Shown: piece by piece, positions 7,907 through 19,211 of the stretch
Position numbering within the stretch: position 1 is the stretch's first letter
Layout: every line of letters starts with the position of its first letter
Source: Planctomycetota bacterium
GTDB taxonomy: Bacteria > Planctomycetota > PLA2 > JAEUHO01
DNA length: 64,000 bases
Assembly: GCA_050248855.1 (NCBI GenBank)
Contig: JBFWRP010000004.1
Span: forward strand, 1 to 64,000
Direction: 5' to 3'
The notes under the pieces: model-generated
Database searches by the model: none
What the model saw: only the letters and a program-made list of their open reading frames with translations
Told to the model about the DNA's origin: nothing
Translations under genes and position numbers: made by a program

Positions 7907-10447
7907 ATGGGCCGAGCCATCCTGGGCGTGCTCGACGAGATCCTCGCCGAGCGTGGTCCCGGCACCGTCGTCGCACACCGCGTCCTGCCGGCCGCAAAGG
8001 CCCGGACGGCCCCGTTGCCGCCCGACCTTCGGCCCGCCGTGGTCCCGGCCCTGGCGTCGCGTGGCGTCACGAGCCTCTACACGCACCAGCGTGCGGCGTA
8101 CGACCACGCCCGGGCCGGGCGCCACGTCGTCGTGGTCACGCCGACGGCCAGCGGCAAGACGCTTTGCTACAACCTGCCGATCCTGCAGACGCTGCTGGAA
8201 GACCCGGGCGCCCGCGCCCTCTACCTCTTCCCGACGAAGGCGTTGGCTCGCGACCAGGCGGCCGAGCTCGGGGCGCTGCTGGAGGGAACGCGCGGTGACG
8301 AGTCGGGCACGGAGGGCCTCCCCGCGCTCGGGGCGGCCGTGTACGACGGCGACACGCCACCTGCCGAGCGCACGCGCATCCGCGACCGGGCGCACGTGGT
8401 CCTGTCCAACCCGGACATGTTGCACACGGCGATCCTCCCGCATCACGCACGCTGGATGCGCGTGTTCGAGAACCTGCGCTACGTGGTCATCGACGAGCTG
8501 CACCACTACCGCGGCGTGTTCGGCAGCCACTTGGCCAACGTCCTCCGGCGGCTGGAGCGCATCTGCCGCTTCCACGGCTCGCGCCCCACCTTCGTCTGCA
8601 CCAGCGCCACCATCGCCAACGCCAAGTCCTTCGCGGAGACCCTGCTCGAGCGCCCCGTCGAGGTCATCGAGGAGAACGGAGCCCCGCTCGGCGAGCGCCA
8701 CCTCGTCCTCCTGAACCCGCCGCTCGTGCAGCCGGCGATGGGGCTGCGCGCCTCGTACCTGACCACCGCCAAGCGCGTGGCCGAGCGCTTCCTGCGCAAG
8801 CACATCCACACGATCGTGTTCTGCGGAGCGCGCACCGTCACGGAGGTCATGGCCAAGTACCTGAAGGAGATCTTCCATGACCGCGTGGCCGACAAGCCAC
8901 GCATCGTGGGCTACCGCGGTGGCTACCTGCCCAAGGAGCGGCGCGCCATCGAGCGCGGCTTGCGCGAGGGCTCCATCCTGGGCGTGGTCAGCACCAACGC
9001 GCTGGAGCTGGGCGTGGACATCGGGTCGCTCGACGCCTGCGTGCTGGCCGGCTACCCGGGCACGATTGCCAGCACGCGCCAGCAGGCCGGCCGCGCGGGA
9101 CGACGCCAGGGCACCTCCGTCGCGGTGCTCGTGCTGCGCTCGGCCCCGCTCGACCAATACCTCGCCGACCATCCCGAGTTCCTGCTCGACGGTGCGCCGG
9201 AGAGTGCGCACATCAACGCGGACAACCTGCAGATCCTCGTGAGCCACTTGAAGTGTGCGGCCTTCGAGCTGCCGCTCGAGGACGGCGAGCGCTTCGGCCG
9301 CGGGCCCGCCGCGGACGAAGAGGTGCCCGCCGTGCTCGCGTGGCTCGAGGAGCGCGGCGTCATCCGCCACACGGGCGGGCGCTGGCATTGGGCCGCGGAC
9401 GCCTACCCGGCCAACGACCTGTCGCTCCGCAGCGTCACCAGCACCAACTTCGTCGTGGTCGACACCACGACCTCCCCCCACCAGGTGATCGCCGAGGTCG
9501 ACTACGCCTGGGCGTTCACCACGCTGCACGAGGGCGCCATCTACATGGTGCAGAGCGTGGAGTACCACGTCGACAAGCTCGACTGGGAGCGGCGCAAGGC
9601 CTATGTGCGCCGCGTCGAGAGCGAGTACTACACGGACGCCTTGAGCTACGCGCGCGTGAAGATCCTGCACGTGCTGCGGGGGCCCGTGGCCGCCGCGGCC
9701 CCGCACACCCCCGAGGTGGAGACCACGGGGACGGGCGAGGTGGTGCGCGCGGACGAGGCACCTCCGCCCGACACGGACGGCAGCGAGCCTGCCGCGTTCG
9801 GCCCCGAGTACGGCGAGGTCGAGGTGGTGCGCAAGGCCGTCGGCTACAAGAAGATCAAGTTCCACACGCAGGAGAACCTCGGGTGGGGCTCGATCCTGCT
9901 GCCGGAGGACATCTACCACACGCAGGCCACGTGGCTGACGCTGCCCCAGGCTTCCGTCGCCGCCTTGGCCGTGCCCACGAGCGACCTCGTGGACGCGTTG
10001 CAGGGCTTGGCCAACCTGCTGCATGGGCTGGCGTCGTTCCTGCTCATGTGCGACGGGCGCGACCTGGGCGTGGTCATCGGCGACCGCACGCGCGAGTGGT
10101 TCCATCGCCCGTCGATGCCCGGCGAGGTGGCGGCGCCGCCGCCGGACCGCTTCGAGCCCACGATCTTCCTCTACGACCAGTACTCGGGCGGGATCGGGCT
10201 CGCGGAGGCGCTGCACCCGCGCTTCGAGGCCTGGCTCGGCGGCGCGCGGGACCGCCTGCGGGCCTGCGCCTGCGCGCGGGGGTGTCCGTCGTGCGTGGGG
10301 CCCGAGCAGGAGGTCGGCCCGCTGGCCAAGCGCCTGGCCGTCCGCCTCCTCGATGACCTGCTCGCGCGCGCGGGGCTCGCGACGGCGGGCTCGGCCGAGG
10401 GGGGAGGGGCCGTAGTGACGGAGGCGACCTGTACGATCCGGGCGTGA
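7907..10447 (+). CDS. mrfA: DEAD/DEAH-box helicase with C-terminal DUF1998 Cys4 domain (MrfA/YprA/Hrq1 family)
   Basis: LYTHQ, TPTASGKT, DELH, TSATIAN, TNALELGVDIG, QQAGRAGRR, YDQYSGGIG, C-terminal CACARGCPSC. Confidence 0.9.
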   Translation: MGRAILGVLDEILAERGPGTVVAHRVLPAAKARTAPLPPDLRPAVVPALASRGVTSLYTHQRAAYDHARAGRHVVVVTPTASGKTLCYNLPILQTLLEDPGARALYLFPTKALARDQAAELGALLEGTRGDESGTEGLPALGAAVYDGDTPPAERTRIRDRAHVVLSNPDMLHTAILPHHARWMRVFENLRYVVIDELHHYRGVFGSHLANVLRRLERICRFHGSRPTFVCTSATIANAKSFAETLLERPVEVIEENGAPLGERHLVLLNPPLVQPAMGLRASYLTTAKRVAERFLRKHIHTIVFCGARTVTEVMAKYLKEIFHDRVADKPRIVGYRGGYLPKERRAIERGLREGSILGVVSTNALELGVDIGSLDACVLAGYPGTIASTRQQAGRAGRRQGTSVAVLVLRSAPLDQYLADHPEFLLDGAPESAHINADNLQILVSHLKCAAFELPLEDGERFGRGPAADEEVPAVLAWLEERGVIRHTGGRWHWAADAYPANDLSLRSVTSTNFVVVDTTTSPHQVIAEVDYAWAFTTLHEGAIYMVQSVEYHVDKLDWERRKAYVRRVESEYYTDALSYARVKILHVLRGPVAAAAPHTPEVETTGTGEVVRADEAPPPDTDGSEPAAFGPEYGEVEVVRKAVGYKKIKFHTQENLGWGSILLPEDIYHTQATWLTLPQASVAALAVPTSDLVDALQGLANLLHGLASFLLMCDGRDLGVVIGDRTREWFHRPSMPGEVAAPPPDRFEPTIFLYDQYSGGIGLAEALHPRFEAWLGGARDRLRACACARGCPSCVGPEQEVGPLAKRLAVRLLDDLLARAGLATAGSAEGGGAVVTEATCTIRA

Positions 10448-11949
10448 CCGTCCCGCCCGGCGATCGCATCCGACGCATCCTCTCCGACGGCCTGCCCCCC
10501 GCGGCCGAGCCGCGCCCCCGTGGGCCCGTGCTCCGCCAGGTGCCGGGGCCGGACCACGCCATGGGCGGGGAGCCCCCGCGCGCAACGGTGCGCCCCCGCG
10601 TCTCGGACGAGCTGCGCGAGCGACTCGCCATGCTGGACAGGCTGAGCAGTCGGAGCGCGGAGCGTGCCCCGCCCGCCACGCTCGCCGCTCCCGCCGAGGC
10701 GGGCGAGACCGACGCAGGTGCGCCGCGGCTGCCGCTGGCCCCTCCGGCGCCTGCGCTGTCCGCAGGAGGCGCCGACGAGGCGGCCCCCGACGGTCGCGAC
10801 GCCTTCTCGCTCGAGGGCCTGCTCGGTGGGCGCGCGCGCCGGACCTTGCGCGGCACGTGCTGGCAGGTCGACCGGCTCGTGCCCCTGGACGCGCTCCACG
10901 GCCGCGCGCCGCTGCGCGCGGGTGCGATGGCCTCCTTGCCGCTGCGGGCCGGCGAGCGCTCCGCTTCCGGCCCGGGGCGCCTGGACGCGCGCGACGCGGT
11001 GTTCCTCGACACCGAGACCACCGGGCTCGCCGGAGGCACGGGCACCGTGGCCTTCCTGGTGGGGCTGGGCTGGATCGAGGGCGATCGCTTCCGCGTGCGC
11101 CAGCTCTTCATGCGCGACTACCCGGAGGAAGCGGCGCTGCTCGCCGCCGTGCGCGAGGACGTCGGCGACCGACCGCTCGTCACCTTCAACGGGCGCGGCT
11201 ACGACTGGCCGCTGCTGGTCACGCGCTGGCGGCTCAACCGCTCCGCCTGGGGGGCGGTGCCCGGCGGTCCGCACGACCCGACGCCGCGCGCACACCTCGA
11301 CCTGCTGGTCGCGGCGCGCCGCTTGTGGGCGCGAACGCTGCACAGCCGCAGCCTTTCGAGCCTGGAGCGCCACGTGTTGGGTGTGGACCGCGGCGAGGAC
11401 CTGTCGGGGGCGCGCATCCCGGCGGCGTGGTTCCACTACCTGCGCACGGGCTGGGGCGCCGACATGGCGCGAGCGTGCCTCCACAACCTGCACGACGTCG
11501 TGACGCTGCTGGCGCTGCTGGGACGGGTCGACGAGGCGTTCCGCCGCCCCGAGGGCCCGGCGACGCATCCCGGCGACGCGCTGGGCACCGCGCGCTGGCT
11601 CGTCGAGCTCGAGGCCTACGACCGGGCCGAGTGCTGCTTGCGGGCGGGCTTGCACGAGGCCACGGGACCGGAGCGCTTCGACCTGCACCGCGACCTGGGC
11701 ACGCTGCTCCGACGCACGGGCCGACCGGAAGAGGCGCTGGCCGAGTGGCAGGCGGTCGCGCGCGGCCTGGACCGCTTCGACCGCCACGCCTACGAGCAGG
11801 TAGCCAAGCTGCTGGAGCACGCCCTGGCCCGGCCCGGCGAGGCCCTGGCGTGGACCAACGAGGCCCTGGAACGTCTACCGGCCGAAGCCGGCGGGCGTGC
11901 AGCGCTCGAGCACCGCGCGGAGCGGCTGCGGCGCAAGACGGTGGCGTGA
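10444..11949 (+). CDS. mrfB: RNase H-like DEDD exonuclease with C-terminal TPR (MrfB/YprB family)
   Basis: FLDTETTGLAGGTGT, TFNGRGYDWP, HLDLL..ARRLW, HNLHDV, then TPR-like helices. Adjacent to the MrfA-like helicase. Confidence 0.85.
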   Translation: MTVPPGDRIRRILSDGLPPAAEPRPRGPVLRQVPGPDHAMGGEPPRATVRPRVSDELRERLAMLDRLSSRSAERAPPATLAAPAEAGETDAGAPRLPLAPPAPALSAGGADEAAPDGRDAFSLEGLLGGRARRTLRGTCWQVDRLVPLDALHGRAPLRAGAMASLPLRAGERSASGPGRLDARDAVFLDTETTGLAGGTGTVAFLVGLGWIEGDRFRVRQLFMRDYPEEAALLAAVREDVGDRPLVTFNGRGYDWPLLVTRWRLNRSAWGAVPGGPHDPTPRAHLDLLVAARRLWARTLHSRSLSSLERHVLGVDRGEDLSGARIPAAWFHYLRTGWGADMARACLHNLHDVVTLLALLGRVDEAFRRPEGPATHPGDALGTARWLVELEAYDRAECCLRAGLHEATGPERFDLHRDLGTLLRRTGRPEEALAEWQAVARGLDRFDRHAYEQVAKLLEHALARPGEALAWTNEALERLPAEAGGRAALEHRAERLRRKTVA

Positions 11950-11973
11950 CGGCCCGCGCGGGGCGGGCGAACG

Positions 11974-12384
11974 CTACTTCAGCGGGTTCGCGCGGAGCGC
12001 GGCGCCCGCGGCCTCCGCGAGCGTGGCCTCGGCCGGGGTCGGGGTCGGCAGGCCCTCGCGCAGCGACGCGCCCATCGCGCGCAAGCCGCCCACGAGCGCT
12101 TCGCGGGACTCCGCGGGCACGGCGCGCGCCGTGAACCCAAGACGCACCAGCTCGTCGGCCAAGCGCACCAGGGCGTCGCCTCGTTCGGCGTTGGCCAGGA
12201 CGTAGCGCGTGAGGGCCGCCTCGCGCATCTCGAGACGCTTCACCTCGGCCTCGAGCGCCTGCAGGCGCCCCTCCACGGTGATCCCACCGCGGTTGGGCAC
12301 CACGTCGCGGGTGTCCTTGGCCACGAGGGGCGAGGCGAGGGCCCCGGCCACGAGAGCGGTGACGACGAGCAGGGCAGTGCGCAT
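11974..12384 (-). CDS. Hypothetical exported protein with short coiled coil
   Basis: GGAGGT SD. Signal peptide MRTALLVVTALVAGALASPLVA; heptads VEGRLQALEAEVKRLE. Confidence 0.7.
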   Translation of the reverse strand: MRTALLVVTALVAGALASPLVAKDTRDVVPNRGGITVEGRLQALEAEVKRLEMREAALTRYVLANAERGDALVRLADELVRLGFTARAVPAESREALVGGLRAMGASLREGLPTPTPAEATLAEAAGAALRANPLK

Positions 12385-12506
12385 GAGGACCTCCGCGCGG
12401 CCTCCCCCCGGAGGGCCGCCCGGATCCTACCCCAGCCCCCGCAACCGACCGTCCTGCCACGGCGTCCCGACGGAATCCAGGGCCCTGCGCCTACGTTGGA
12501 TCGGCC

Positions 12507-13820
12507 ATGCGCCACGCCCTGCCCCTGCTCGTCTCCGCCCTCGTGCTGGGCGCCATCGCGTGGCGGACGTTCCAGGAACCCGGGCGGGAGCTGGCGCGGG
12601 CCCGCATCGTGCGCTTGGCCCGCGCGGGAGACGCGGCGGCGGCACGCCACGCCCTCGAGCGGTACGAAAGCCGCTACGCCAACACCGAGGACCGCTGGTT
12701 CGCGGCGCGCCTGCTCTTGTCCTGGGAGGACCTGGGCGGCGCCATCGAGCGGGTCTTCGACGACCCGGCGCATGCGCCGGACGCCGCCGCGGCGCGTCGC
12801 TTCGCCCGCGAGGCGCTGCTCAGGGTCGGCTGGGAAGGGGGCGACGCGGCCCGACCCACGCCCAACGTGGACCAGGTCCTGACGATCCTGATCGAGGCCC
12901 GTGACGACTACGCGGAGCGGATCCAGGACACCCGGCTCGCGCAGGACCCCGTCGAGTCGATCTTCACCTTCTGGTTCGAGACGCTGCGCGACGCCACGGC
13001 GCGACCCTCCGAGCGAGGTCGGGAGATCCTCCGGCGGCGGCCCGAGCCCGACGCCCTGGCCGTGGCCGCCCTGGGCGCCGCCCGGCCCGGGCCCGCCACG
13101 GCCACGCCCGACGAGGTCAAGCGCCTCCGGGAGGTCATCGACGACGCCATGTGGCACGACCAGCGCCCCCTGGCCTGGCATCTGGCCTGCATCGCGTACG
13201 CGAAGGTCGGCGGCGAGGCAGGTCGCGAGCGCCTGGCCAACGTCCTGGCCGCAGCGGGGCCCCACGTCCACACGGACCCACGCGCCCGGGTCGACCAAGC
13301 CACGCTCGGCAGCGCGCTCCTGGCCGGCGGCGACATGACGCTTCTCGATCGCCTGATCGACGCCTACCTCCTCGGCGACGAGCCGAAGCCGACAGCCTTC
13401 GGAGCGTGGGTCGTGGACTCGATCGTGAGTCGCCATCGCGAGGGCGATGCCGCGGCGGGCAACGCCTTGGAGCGGCTGTGGGCCCAGCTGGGGCCCGAGG
13501 CGCACGAGTCGCGCGAACGCATCGCCTTCGCCCTCGGTCTCGAGGGTGAGCCCCTCGACCGCTTGCCCATTCCCCTGGACCGCCTCGTGGAGGGGCTGCG
13601 CGCCGAGGGCGCGACGCTGCACGGCCTCGTGCTGGCCGACTGCCTGCGCTTGGCCGCCCGGCAGCCGGGGGCGCTGCGCGACCTCCTCCAGACCCTGCGC
13701 ACGGTGGGCCGGTCCCGCGACCAGCTCCTCGCCTCCGGCCGGGGGCGTCTGTACGTGACCGCCCTCCTCACGGGCTTGCGCGGCCTGCTCCTCTTCGGCG
13801 ACGGCGCCGCGAGCGCGTGA
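12507..13820 (+). CDS. Hypothetical alpha-helical protein with N-terminal membrane anchor/signal
   Basis: 437-aa ORF with GC3-biased codons and an N-terminal hydrophobic segment; no recognised motif. Confidence 0.6.
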   Translation: MRHALPLLVSALVLGAIAWRTFQEPGRELARARIVRLARAGDAAAARHALERYESRYANTEDRWFAARLLLSWEDLGGAIERVFDDPAHAPDAAAARRFAREALLRVGWEGGDAARPTPNVDQVLTILIEARDDYAERIQDTRLAQDPVESIFTFWFETLRDATARPSERGREILRRRPEPDALAVAALGAARPGPATATPDEVKRLREVIDDAMWHDQRPLAWHLACIAYAKVGGEAGRERLANVLAAAGPHVHTDPRARVDQATLGSALLAGGDMTLLDRLIDAYLLGDEPKPTAFGAWVVDSIVSRHREGDAAAGNALERLWAQLGPEAHESRERIAFALGLEGEPLDRLPIPLDRLVEGLRAEGATLHGLVLADCLRLAARQPGALRDLLQTLRTVGRSRDQLLASGRGRLYVTALLTGLRGLLLFGDGAASA

Positions 13821-13971
13821 CCGACCCGCGAAGGGACGTGATGCGCGCATAAGCCGCCCTCGCATCGCGCCGTCACCCGGGGGAGGCAGAATCCCCCATC
13901 GCCCGATCGGACCGCCGGTCCCCCCGGGCGTCCCGTCCGCGAGCGAGGTCGACGGCGGGCAGGAGGACGGC

Positions 13972-16143
13972 ATGCGCACGGGAGTCGGGACGATGTCGCA
14001 GGCGACGCGCAGCGGGACGCGAGACGAGGCTCGCACCCCCCAGGAGTCCATGGCCCACATGTTCGGGGCCGACTGCTTCGGCCTGACCGAGATGCAGCGG
14101 CGTTTGCCGCGGCCGGTCTTCGAGGCCATCCAGTCCACGATCCGCTCGGGCGAGAAGCTGGACATGGGCTCGGCCGACGCGGTCGCCGAGGCCATGAAGG
14201 AGTGGGCGCTCGAGCGCGGCGCCACGCACTACACGCACTGGTTCCAGCCGCTGACCGGCGCCACGGCCGAGAAGCACGACAGCTTCCTCTCGCTCGACGA
14301 CGGTCGCGCCATCGCCCACTTCGGCGGCCGCCAGCTGATCCAGGCCGAGCCCGATGCCAGCAGCTTCCCCTCGGGCGGCATGCGCAGCACCTTCGAGGCG
14401 CGCGGCTACACCGCGTGGGACCCGACCTCGCCCGCCTTCCTGATCGAGAGCGAGCACGGTTCCACGCTCACGATCCCCTCCGTGTTCGTCTCCTACACGG
14501 GCGAGGCGCTGGACACGAAGACGCCGCTGCTGCGCACCATGCGCGAGCTGTCGCGTGCCGCGACGCATGCCCTCCGCCTCATGGGCCGCGATGCGCGTCG
14601 GGTCGACAGCACGCTCGGCTGCGAGCAGGAGTACTTCCTCATCGACCGCGAGTGGTACGAGGCCCGCCCCGACCTCGAGGTCACGGGACGCACGGTGCTC
14701 GGTAGCGCCCCGCCCAAGGGCCAGCAGCTCGAAGACAACTACTTCGGCACGATCGACGCCCGCGCGCTGGGCTTCATGGGCGAGGTCGAGCAGACCGCGT
14801 GGCGTCTGGGCATCCCGCTCAAGACGCGTCACAACGAGGTGGCTCCGCACCAATACGAGGCGGCCCCGATCTACCAGCCGATCAACGTCGCCGCCGACCA
14901 GAACCAGCTGCTCATGGACATCTTGCGCAAGGTCGCGCGCCGGCGCGGTCTGGCGGTGCTGCTCCACGAGAAGCCCTTCGCCGGCGTGAACGGCTCGGGC
15001 AAGCACAACAACTGGTCCATGCAGGACGAGCGCGGGCGCAACCTGCTCGAGCCCGGCAAGGAGCCCGACCGCAACGTCGAGTTCCTGTTCTTCCTGGCCG
15101 CCGTCCTCAAGGCCGTCCACCGCCGCGGCGACCTCCTCCGCGCCGGCGTGGCGAGTGCCGCCAACGACCATCGCCTGGGCGCCAACGAGGCGCCGCCGGC
15201 CATCGTCAGCGTGTTCCTCGGCCAGCACCTCACGGAGATCCTCGAGGCCTTGCTCGAGAGCCGTCCGACCGGTCCGGAGGCCAAGGCCTTCGTCGAAACG
15301 GGTCTGGCCACGCTGCCCGAGGTCCGCCGCGACAACACCGACCGCAACCGCACGAGCCCCTTCGCGTTCACTGGCAACAAGTTCGAGTTCCGCGCCGTCG
15401 GCTCCAGCCAGTCGACGTCCATCCCCATGGCGTTCCTGAACGTCGCCGTGACCGAGGCCGTCGACGACCTGTGCGACCGCCTCGCCAAGCGCCTCGACGG
15501 CGGCGAGGACCGCAACGCGGCCATCCTCGCCGTCGTCCGCGAGGCCTATGGCGAGTCCAAGGCCATCGTGTTCAACGGCAACAACTACGGCCAGGACTGG
15601 GTCGAGGAGGCCGCCCGTCGCGGGCTGCCCAACCTCGCCGACACGCCGGCCGCGCTCGGCGTGCTCGAGCGCGACGACGTGAAGGAGCTGTTCCGGCGCT
15701 ACCACGTGTTGCAGGGCCACGAGCTGGACGCGCGCTACCGCATCCTGCTCGAGCGCTTCAACCGCATGATCCAGATCGAGGCCGTGCAGCAGATCCGCAT
15801 GGTCAAGACGGGCGTGCTGCCGGCGGCCTACCGCCAGCAGGCGGACATGGGGGCCGCCTACGACGCAGCCACCAAGTTCGGAGGCGTTGCCGTGGCCCAG
15901 CAGGGCGAGATGCAGGCCTACATGAAGGCCGTCGCCGCCACGATCGACGCGCTCAACGAAGTACGTGCCGCGCTGCGCGACGGCCCCGACGAGGAGCACG
16001 AAGCGCTGGCCGCCGCCCGCTACAAGGTGGACACGATGCGTCCCGCCATGGAGAAGCTGCGCACCGCGGCCGACACCCTGGAGCGACGCACGGACGAGGG
16101 CCTCTGGCCCTATCCCACGTACCACCAGATGCTGTTCCAGTAG
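13972..16143 (+). CDS. glnN: Glutamine synthetase type III
   Basis: AGGAGG SD. GATHYTHWFQPLTGATAEKHDSF, EPDASSFPSGGMRSTFEARGYTAWD, HNEVAPHQYE, HEKPFAGVNGSGKHNNWS, DRNRTSPFAFTGNKFEFRAVGS, WPYPTY. Confidence 0.95.
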   Translation: MRTGVGTMSQATRSGTRDEARTPQESMAHMFGADCFGLTEMQRRLPRPVFEAIQSTIRSGEKLDMGSADAVAEAMKEWALERGATHYTHWFQPLTGATAEKHDSFLSLDDGRAIAHFGGRQLIQAEPDASSFPSGGMRSTFEARGYTAWDPTSPAFLIESEHGSTLTIPSVFVSYTGEALDTKTPLLRTMRELSRAATHALRLMGRDARRVDSTLGCEQEYFLIDREWYEARPDLEVTGRTVLGSAPPKGQQLEDNYFGTIDARALGFMGEVEQTAWRLGIPLKTRHNEVAPHQYEAAPIYQPINVAADQNQLLMDILRKVARRRGLAVLLHEKPFAGVNGSGKHNNWSMQDERGRNLLEPGKEPDRNVEFLFFLAAVLKAVHRRGDLLRAGVASAANDHRLGANEAPPAIVSVFLGQHLTEILEALLESRPTGPEAKAFVETGLATLPEVRRDNTDRNRTSPFAFTGNKFEFRAVGSSQSTSIPMAFLNVAVTEAVDDLCDRLAKRLDGGEDRNAAILAVVREAYGESKAIVFNGNNYGQDWVEEAARRGLPNLADTPAALGVLERDDVKELFRRYHVLQGHELDARYRILLERFNRMIQIEAVQQIRMVKTGVLPAAYRQQADMGAAYDAATKFGGVAVAQQGEMQAYMKAVAATIDALNEVRAALRDGPDEEHEALAAARYKVDTMRPAMEKLRTAADTLERRTDEGLWPYPTYHQMLFQ

Positions 16144-16156
16144 GCCAGGGAGGCCT

Positions 16157-17341
16157 TCAGGCCCGTCGGAGCGCCTCCACGGGACGGAGGTGGGCGGCGC
16201 GCCAAGCGGGAACGAGACCGCCGAGCAGGCCGAGTGCGACGGCGATCGCGACGGCTTGCAGGAGCAGCGTTGCGTCCAGGCGGAACGCGAACGTCTGTTC
16301 GGTGAACGTGTTCCAGTTCATCGTCCCGGTCTGCAGGCCGTCGAGCGGCAGCACGAGCAGCACGCCGAGGAAGCCGCCCACGAGGCCGATCAGGCCCGCC
16401 TCCACGAGGAAGGCGATCAGGATGCCCTGCGTGCCGTAGCCCACGCTGCGCAGCACGCCGATCTCCCGGGTCCGCGCACCCACGGCGGCGATCATCGTGT
16501 TGGCCGCGCCCAGGACGCCGGCGATCCCGAGGATCGTCGTGAGCAGCACGCCGAGCACGGTGAGCACGCCGCCCAGCACGTTGGTCTGCGACGCGAAGTA
16601 GGCGGCCTCGGTCATGACCTTGCTTGGCAGCTGCTTGTCCGCGGCCAGCTCCGCGGCAATGGCGGCCACGTCCACGCCGGGCTTGATGCGGGCCACGACG
16701 CGTTGGCGCACGGGGCGGTCGAGGGCCGCGGCGATGCGGTCCACGTCGCCCCAGATCTCGGAGCGGTAGGCGCCGTCGTGGTCGAAGAGCCCGACGACCT
16801 TGAACGGCGTCAGGTTGACGACCAACGTGTCGCCGAGGCGGCAGTTGGCGATCCGTTCCACGAGCGGCACGCCGACGAGGATCTCGTCGGCTCCGAAGGT
16901 CGGAAGCCGGCCGTCCACGAGCCTCCACGCCTTGCCGTGGATGGGGATCGAGGTCTCCTCGATGCCGCGGATGGGGACGTTGACCTGGCCGACGCCGTCG
17001 GCCTTGTCGAGGAACAGCGCGAGGTAGATCTCGCCGGCCGCCATGGGCCGCCCGCCTTCATCGAGCAGGATCTCCGGACGCTCCTTCTTGTACTGCTCGA
17101 CCTTCTCCAGCGTGACGCCGCTCTCGCCCTCGCTCGTGGCGCCGGGCCGGAGGTAGATGAGCACGTCCTCGCGCCCCGTCGTGGACAGGAACGTCTGGAA
17201 GCCGTTGCGCAGCGCGAACACGCCGCAGAGCACGGCGACCGTCATGGCGATGCCCAGCGCGCTGAAGAGGGAGGCCTGCCAGCGCACGAGCAGGTTGCGC
17301 CACGGGTAGGACCAAGGGACCAGGCGCAGGCGCATGCTCAC
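16157..17341 (-). CDS. ABC exporter permease (MacB/FtsX family)
   Basis: GTGA-coupled start (or ATG at 17335). RNLLVRWQASLFSALGIA, NTMIAAVGARTREIGVLRSVG, GGLVPAWRAAHLRPVEALR. Confidence 0.9.
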   Translation of the reverse strand: MSMRLRLVPWSYPWRNLLVRWQASLFSALGIAMTVAVLCGVFALRNGFQTFLSTTGREDVLIYLRPGATSEGESGVTLEKVEQYKKERPEILLDEGGRPMAAGEIYLALFLDKADGVGQVNVPIRGIEETSIPIHGKAWRLVDGRLPTFGADEILVGVPLVERIANCRLGDTLVVNLTPFKVVGLFDHDGAYRSEIWGDVDRIAAALDRPVRQRVVARIKPGVDVAAIAAELAADKQLPSKVMTEAAYFASQTNVLGGVLTVLGVLLTTILGIAGVLGAANTMIAAVGARTREIGVLRSVGYGTQGILIAFLVEAGLIGLVGGFLGVLLVLPLDGLQTGTMNWNTFTEQTFAFRLDATLLLQAVAIAVALGLLGGLVPAWRAAHLRPVEALRRA

Positions 17342-18503
17342 GCCCCCCGTCGCAGCGCTTCCGCCGCGCGCAGGCGTGCGGCCTGGAAGGCCGGGATGCC
17401 CCCGGCGAGGAACGCGATGACGAGGGCCACGACGCCCGCCCCGACCATCGTGTCCGTGGCCACGTGGTACATGGGGATCTGGGTGCCGAGCAGGCGCCGG
17501 AACGCCTCCTGCGAGACCCAGGCGAGCAGCAGGCCCACGCCCGCGCCGATGCCGACGAGCAGCGCGGCCTCCAGCAGATAGAGGCGCAACGGTGCGTCGC
17601 GACCGAAGCCGAGCGCGCCGAGGATGCCCATGCTGCGCGTCCGCTCCCGGGCCGCCATCGTCATCGTGTTCACGACGCCGAAGAAGAGCGCCACGAGCAC
17701 GGCCCCGCCGATCGACCCCAGGAACACGGGTAGGTTGCCCAGCATGGAGATGAACGACGCCTGGAAAGCGGCCTCGGGCTGGGTCCGCGTGCGCTGCGGA
17801 CCTGCCGCGTAGTGGTCGTCGATGCGCGTGGACACGTCCTCCGGCGTGTAGCCCGGAGCGATCTTGACCATGAGCACGCTCGTGCCGCGCGGGCCGTCGG
17901 CATCGCCGCGCTCGAGGACCTCGTCCAGGTAGTCCCAATGGAAGAAGAGCGTGACCTCGTCGACGTTGGCCTTCGTGCTGCGATAGATGCCGCGCACGTT
18001 GAAGGCCCACTCCGCACCATCGTACCGACGGTAGATCGTGCCGATCAGGGGCACCGTGTCGCCGATCTTCCAGCCGAACCGGTCCGCAAGCGCCGCGCCG
18101 ACGATGCAGCCCTGGCGGTCCTCGATGAACGCCCGCTTCTGCTCGTCGGGCAGCACGACCTCCGGCCACATGCGCATCATGGCCTCGGGATCCGTGCCGA
18201 ACTGCGCGAAGAAGTTGGACTCGGACTGGTACCGGCCACCGAACCACGTGTAGCTGCAGACGTCTTCGACGCCTTCCATCTCGCTGACCGTGGTCCGGTA
18301 CGCGATGGGCAAGGACTGGAACAGGCTGACGGCGCTGCCCACCACGATGCGGTTGCTGGCCGACGCCGTGACGGCTGCATCGAGGCTGGTCACGATGGAG
18401 CGCAGGAAGCAGACGAGGAAGACGGCCACGGCGACCGCCCCCACCGTCAAGAGCGAGCGGACGGGGTGGCTCCAGGCGTGCCGCCACGCAAGCGAGCCCA
18501 GGC

Positions 18504-18507
<4 letters not shown>
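17338..18507 (-). CDS. ABC exporter permease (MacB/FtsX family)
   Basis: RSLLTVGAVAVAVFL, NTMTMAARERTRSMGILGALGF, GGIPAFQAARLRAAEALR. Confidence 0.9.

Positions 18508-19210
<703 letters not shown>

Positions 19211-19211
<1 letters not shown>

Noticed and set aside
7907..11949. DUF1998 helicase as an anti-phage system (DISARM DrmAB, Druantia)
   Set aside because: It is a single fused helicase-DUF1998 next to a YprB-type nuclease, with no methylase or other defence genes. This fits the MrfAB repair pair.
13821..13971. Riboswitch or sigma54/NtrC site upstream of glnN
   Set aside because: Only GC-rich short inverted repeats; no motif I could support without a covariance search.
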